Assembly: GCA_965226055.1 (NCBI GenBank)
Contig: CBDDCA010000006.1
Location: forward strand, 608,001-672,000
Origin: Spirochaetia bacterium
GTDB taxonomy: Bacteria; Spirochaetota; Spirochaetia; WTKD01; G963693115
Direction of reading: 5' to 3'
DNA: 64,000 bases
The translations under genes were made by a program, and so were the position numbers. Of the stretch, positions 59,498 to 64,000 are shown one piece after another. Below the pieces are notes generated by a model. It did not search any database. It worked only from the letters and a program-made list of their open reading frames with translations, and was not told where the DNA came from. The stretch's first letter is position 1, and the number at the start of each line of letters is the position of its first letter.

Positions 59498-60673
59498 TTA
59501 TATTGCTGTAATAGGCACGGCAAGATGCATAGTATCTTTTTCAGAAGGAGATTGAATTCTGATTAAATCTCTATTTCCTTCACCATAATCAATAGAGATA
59601 TACTCTGATTCTATAACACGTAACGGTTCAATAAGAAAATGAGCTCTAACATTTAAATCTTTTTCTTTTCCTGTAAGTTCACCAGAAATTGTTTCTGTCC
59701 CGTATCCTTTTTCTTTTTCTTCTTTACTAATAATAACAGTATTACTCTGTATAGACAATTTTATCACTGTATCTTTTTTATCATCTGCTATGGAAGATAC
59801 TCGTTCTAAGGCTTGAGTAAACTCTTTTGTGTTCACTTTTACAGAACTGCGTTCTCCTGTAGGGTTTGTTTTTTCTGGAAGTATATTTTCATAGTTGTAA
59901 TATTTCCCAGAAATAATATTAACACTTACAAGAAATCCTTCAAGTAAAAAATATACTCTATTATCTTTTTGCCCTATTTCTACCTCCGTATTTTCTCTTA
60001 TAAGAAGAGATTTTATAAAATTGATTGAACGAGAAGGAATAATAAGATCTACATCATTTGATTTTGCAATTTGCAAATCTATTGGATGTTCTAATTTCAT
60101 TTTGGCTATTGATATTCTGTTTCTATCTGTTGCAACAGCAATAAGATGAGAATCCTTAAAATCAAAAAATATCCCTGTAAGAAATAATGTTGTTGCATTT
60201 GTGTCTGATGATGCAGCAAATACAGTACTTGTTATTATTCGTATTAGTTCTTGTTTATCAACTTTATATTTCTCTTCAGGCATTGGAAGATGAATAGCAG
60301 GATAATCCTCAGCATCTCTTGTTCGAACAGAGAATTCTATTTTATTTGTATCTTTTTCTGGAGTTATAACAACACTTTGTTCCACAAGAGAAAGAGTAAC
60401 AATGCCAGGGGGAAGCGAAGAAAAAACATTGTGTATTTTAGTACCAGGCAATAACATGCTTCCTTCCGATACTATATCCAACTGATTTTCCTTATTAGGA
60501 ACAATAGTAATTTCTAGTGTTGTAAACCTATCAGCAGATTTAATACAAAGTGCGTTTTTTGTCACTTCAAATATAAAATAGGAATAATATACATTGATGT
60601 GTCCATTTTCTGATATTTCCCTTGCATACTGAAAACGATTATAGAGAAAGTCTCTGTCTATCTTAAATACCAT
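59498..60673 (-). CDS. dnaN: DNA polymerase III beta clamp, divergent
   Basis: AEDYP, LTGIFF, VATDRNRI, GKYYNY and terminal AVPI; sits upstream of recF. Confidence 0.9.
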   Translation of the reverse strand: MVFKIDRDFLYNRFQYAREISENGHINVYYSYFIFEVTKNALCIKSADRFTTLEITIVPNKENQLDIVSEGSMLLPGTKIHNVFSSLPPGIVTLSLVEQSVVITPEKDTNKIEFSVRTRDAEDYPAIHLPMPEEKYKVDKQELIRIITSTVFAASSDTNATTLFLTGIFFDFKDSHLIAVATDRNRISIAKMKLEHPIDLQIAKSNDVDLIIPSRSINFIKSLLIRENTEVEIGQKDNRVYFLLEGFLVSVNIISGKYYNYENILPEKTNPTGERSSVKVNTKEFTQALERVSSIADDKKDTVIKLSIQSNTVIISKEEKEKGYGTETISGELTGKEKDLNVRAHFLIEPLRVIESEYISIDYGEGNRDLIRIQSPSEKDTMHLAVPITAI

Positions 60674-61006
60674 TTATTGCTCCTTATATAAAAATGATAG
60701 ATTCTAATTCTATGATTTATTATACACAAGAATACTTATTTTTGTTTACTAAAGTAATTAGATTTTTTTAGTAGATGCATGTTACAAATAGTATAGTTTA
60801 TACTAGTAACATATATATTTAAATATAGTAGTAGTAGTAGTAATTGTAAATTTTAAAGAAATGCTTAAATTTTTGTATAGTAATGAAATAGAATAATACA
60901 ATAATAAGAAAGATTGTTTTTTATTTGTAATATATACAATGAGAATAAAATTTTGTTTGTAAAACAACAAGATTGTTACAAAGAAGCTACAAAGTATTTT
61001 AAGAAA
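60674..61006. other. Probable chromosomal replication origin (oriC)
   Basis: AT-rich gap upstream of dnaN; (TAG)5 DnaA-trios at 60826-60840 next to ATATATATTTAAATA; DnaA box TTATACACA at 60720-60728; apparent GC-skew switch. Confidence 0.75.
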
Positions 61007-61939
61007 TTATGAGAGAGAAATATCTAGCTGATGTAAAAGTCTTTGTAAATCGTCTTTATTATAAAAATGTAAAGTAATTTTCCCTTCATTCATATTGCCT
61101 AAAAAGGATACTTTTGTTCCAAATTTTTCTATTAAAAGCTGCTCAATTTCTTTTGTAAAAGAAGAGCTGTGAGAATGAGAAGTATGTGATTTACTTTCCT
61201 TTTTTTTCTCTTTTTGTGTATCTAACGATGCTATTATTGTTTCTGTTTGACGAACATTAAGAGAATGAGAGAGAATTTCATTTAATACGTATAATTGATT
61301 ATTTTTTTCTAAGCCTGAAAGTAACCGAGCATGACTTTGACTTATCTGGCCTGAGTGTACGGCATCTTGAATTTGTGATGGAAGTGTAAGGAGGCGTAAG
61401 GCGTTTGTAATAGCAGGACGACTTTTTCCTAAAAGGCGTGCCGCTTCTTCATGAGTATGAGAGCTAATTTCTATATACGCATTAAGAGATTTTGCAAACT
61501 CTATAGGAGAAAGATCTTCTCTTTGTATATTTTCTGTAAGAGCTGCTTCCATGTTTTTTGTTACGTTAACATGTATAAGGAGGGCAGGGATTTGAGTAAG
61601 CCCTGCTTTTTTAGAAGCTCTCCATCTTCGTTCTCCTGCAATGATAATATACTCTGTTTTGTCTTTTTTTTGTGCTTCTTTTGGAGGAAACGCAATAATT
61701 ATTGGCTGTAGTATTCCATGCTGAGAAATAGAAGAGGCTAGTTCCTCTAGTCGTTCTTCATTAAATAGCGTTCTTGCTTGATACGGGTTAGGAGAAAGAG
61801 AATCTACAGAAACATGTAACAAAGTGTTTTCATGTATTTCTAATGATGAAATCTGTGTATTCTTTTTTTCTGTATCAATTGTTTCGCTTTCTATTAAAGC
61901 TTGTAATCCACGTCCTAATCCTTTTTTTCTTTTTTCCAT
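61007..61939 (-). CDS. parB: Chromosome partitioning protein ParB/Spo0J
   Basis: KKGLGRGL, PNPYQAR, IIAGERRWRA, ENIQREDL and HTH motifs. Confidence 0.96.
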   Translation of the reverse strand: MEKRKKGLGRGLQALIESETIDTEKKNTQISSLEIHENTLLHVSVDSLSPNPYQARTLFNEERLEELASSISQHGILQPIIIAFPPKEAQKKDKTEYIIIAGERRWRASKKAGLTQIPALLIHVNVTKNMEAALTENIQREDLSPIEFAKSLNAYIEISSHTHEEAARLLGKSRPAITNALRLLTLPSQIQDAVHSGQISQSHARLLSGLEKNNQLYVLNEILSHSLNVRQTETIIASLDTQKEKKKESKSHTSHSHSSSFTKEIEQLLIEKFGTKVSFLGNMNEGKITLHFYNKDDLQRLLHQLDISLS

Positions 61940-62682
61940 CGTAATAGTACCTCTTTTGATAATTGTAAATAACTTTTATACCCTGAACTTTGTGTATCAT
62001 ATAAAAAGATAGATTTGCCATGAGAAGGAGCTTCTGCTATTCGCACATTTCGAGGGATAATAGTTTCAAATACACTTTTTTGGAATACCTTTTTTATCTC
62101 TTTTACTACTTCTATTGACAGATTTGTTCTGCTATCAAACATAGTGAGGATAATTCCTAAAATTCCTAGTGTAGTGTTATATGTTTTCTTTACTAAATTG
62201 ATCGTTTGAACAAGTTTCACTACTCCTTCTAATGCATAAAATTCGCATTGCAATGGAATGATTACTTTCTGTGATGCACATAAGGCGTTAAGAGTAAGAA
62301 TTCCTAATGAAGGTGGACAGTCAAGAAAGATAAGATCAAAATCCTCTTTAAGAGGTGCTACAGTATTTTTTAAGACAGATTCTCTATTTGGCATATGTAT
62401 AAGCTCAACAGAGGCTCCGCTCAAATCTGAGTTAGCAGGAATAATGAAAAGATTCTTTTGTACGGTAGATTGTACTAAAGAGCTTATTTTATCAGATTGT
62501 ACTAATGCATCATATATGGTTTTTTTTTGAGATACAAACCCTAATCCGCTGCTAAGATTTCCTTGAGGATCAAAATCAATTAAAAGAATTTTAAGCCCTA
62601 GTTCTGAAAGGAAAGATCCGATATTTATAGCTGATGTAGTCTTACCTACCCCTCCTTTTTGATTCGAAAAGCAAACTATCAT
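61915..62682 (-). CDS. parA: Chromosome partitioning ATPase ParA/Soj
   Basis: NQKGGVGKTT, DFDPQGN, DCPPSLG and IPRNVRIAEAPSHG motifs. Confidence 0.97.
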   Translation of the reverse strand: MIVCFSNQKGGVGKTTSAINIGSFLSELGLKILLIDFDPQGNLSSGLGFVSQKKTIYDALVQSDKISSLVQSTVQKNLFIIPANSDLSGASVELIHMPNRESVLKNTVAPLKEDFDLIFLDCPPSLGILTLNALCASQKVIIPLQCEFYALEGVVKLVQTINLVKKTYNTTLGILGIILTMFDSRTNLSIEVVKEIKKVFQKSVFETIIPRNVRIAEAPSHGKSIFLYDTQSSGYKSYLQLSKEVLLRWKKEKKD

Positions 62683-62778
62683 ACATGATTATAGTACCAT
62701 GAAAGATACATACATGTCTAACAAATATTTGTCTTTTTTGTATAATAAGTAAATAAAGATAAGAATAAAGGAGATCTT

Positions 62779-63531
62779 ATGAAAAAATTAGTATTATTGA
62801 GTGTATTGTTTTCTGTATTATTTGCTGGCACTATTTTTGCTGGTGGTTCTGGAGAAAAAATATATGTATTTGCAACAGATTCAACATGGCCACCAATGGA
62901 ATTTATCAATGAAGATAAAGAGCTTGTTGGTTTTGATATTGATTTAATGGAAGCTATTGCAAAAGAAGAGAATTTTAAGATAGAGTTTATTTCTACGGGA
63001 TGGGATGGTATTTTTGCAGGACTGCAAAATGGTGAGTATGATGGAATTGCTTCCTCTGTTACCATAACAGAAGAAAGAAAAGATTCAATGGATTTTTCAG
63101 ATCCGTACTTCAATGCAGGGCAATTGTTAGCTATTCGAAAGCAAGATGCAAGTGTAGTAAACGGGCTTGATGATTTATCAGGTAAAATGGTTGGGGTACA
63201 AATTGGAACGTCTGGATCTTTTCTCATAGAAGAGGAATATCCTACTATTATCCTAAAAACATATGATGATTTAGGTCCTGCAGTAGAAGAGCTTGCCCAA
63301 GGAACTATCAACGGAATAGTGGCTGATGTTCCTCTAATAGTAGATTATTTACTCAATAATCAAAAATATGCTGGTGTATTTGTTGCTGTAGGGGATACTT
63401 TAACGTCTGAAGAGTATGGTATTGCTATTCAAAAAGACAATGATGAGTTACGAAATAAGATAAACTCAGGCTTAAAGAAGCTAAGGGATAATGGGGAATA
63501 TGACAAAATTTATGCAAAGTGGATTAAGTAA
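62779..63531 (+). CDS. Basic/polar amino-acid ABC transporter substrate-binding protein
   Basis: Signal peptide; WPPMEF, GFDIDL, ITEERK..MDFSDPY and EEYGIA motifs; RBS AAGGAG. Confidence 0.93.
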   Translation: MKKLVLLSVLFSVLFAGTIFAGGSGEKIYVFATDSTWPPMEFINEDKELVGFDIDLMEAIAKEENFKIEFISTGWDGIFAGLQNGEYDGIASSVTITEERKDSMDFSDPYFNAGQLLAIRKQDASVVNGLDDLSGKMVGVQIGTSGSFLIEEEYPTIILKTYDDLGPAVEELAQGTINGIVADVPLIVDYLLNNQKYAGVFVAVGDTLTSEEYGIAIQKDNDELRNKINSGLKKLRDNGEYDKIYAKWIK

Positions 63532-63534
63532 TTC

Positions 63535-64000
63535 ATGGAGATAGGATCATCAGATCACTTATCAAGTGATCGTTTTGCAAGAAGAACTGCTTTTTTTGGG
63601 GTAGTAGGATTACTTATCCTACTCCCTATTATCAACCCAGATACATATCTCGAAATTTATACGTTTGTTCCTGATGGTATTTTTGTGACGCTTCGTGTTG
63701 CTTTAGGATCAATTATATTATCAATAATAATTGGGATAGTTGCGGGAGTTGCGAGAGCATGGAATCCTATGCTCAATAAGATTGTATCTCTCTATGTTGA
63801 AATTATACGAGGGATTCCTCTCCTTGTGCAGTTAATATATGTGTATTTTGTGCTAGGAAAGCCTCTACGCTTTGTAGGTTTTGGTCGTGAAGGAATTGCT
63901 ATACTTGCTATGAGTTTTTGTTATGGGGCATATATGGCAGAAATAGTCCGAGCAGGGCTTATGTCTGTCTCTAAAGGTCAAATTGAGGCATCAATGGCGT
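63535..64000 (+). CDS. Polar amino-acid ABC transporter permease, 3'-partial (not in the ORF track)
   Basis: Translates MEIGSSDH...YVEIIRGIPLLVQL...AYMAEIVRAG; runs off the window. Confidence 0.9.
   Translation, partial: MEIGSSDHLSSDRFARRTAFFGVVGLLILLPIINPDTYLEIYTFVPDGIFVTLRVALGSIILSIIIGIVAGVARAWNPMLNKIVSLYVEIIRGIPLLVQLIYVYFVLGKPLRFVGFGREGIAILAMSFCYGAYMAEIVRAGLMSVSKGQIEASMA

Noticed and set aside
60674-62778. Canonical parS site (TGTTTCACGTGAAACA) near parAB
   Set aside because: Not found by eye; a degenerate site cannot be excluded without a motif scan
1-64000. tRNA, rRNA, IS elements, integrases or prophage genes
   Set aside because: No cloverleaf or T-loop signatures in the intergenic gaps, and no transposase, integrase or phage structural motifs among the ORFs

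Overview
AT-rich bacterial chromosome segment, most likely from a host-associated spirochete (inferred from the EDPR-type MurE, spirochete-style lipoboxes and the dnaN-recF-dciA order). Left to right: a surface-glycan cluster (GT4, GT2, GT61, ABC flippase, UDP-xylose synthase); a beta-barrel outer-membrane protein; the ahcY-metK-metF methyl-cycle operon; a C5-methyltransferase plus GHKL-ATPase/nuclease restriction module inserted between two glycosyltransferases; mnmE and rmuC; a family of four FN3/DUF285 surface lipoproteins, one frameshifted at a G14 tract and three in a tandem array that keeps its duplication junction; hflKC-murE-ddl-dapL; an osmoprotectant ABC transporter; leuS-DUF2156-glnE-birA; a small accessory island; serA; and a probable oriC with DnaA-trios between parAB and dnaN, with no dnaA beside it. 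The island holds a candidate structured RNA, an operon of a Panacea/DUF4065 antitoxin and a class III nucleotide cyclase, an orphan hsdS with an in-frame C20 tract, and radC. The Panacea-cyclase pair is the best candidate for an undescribed toxin-antitoxin or defence system. No tRNA, rRNA, CRISPR array, transposase or reverse transcriptase was seen. All calls come from motif recognition by eye; no searches were run.
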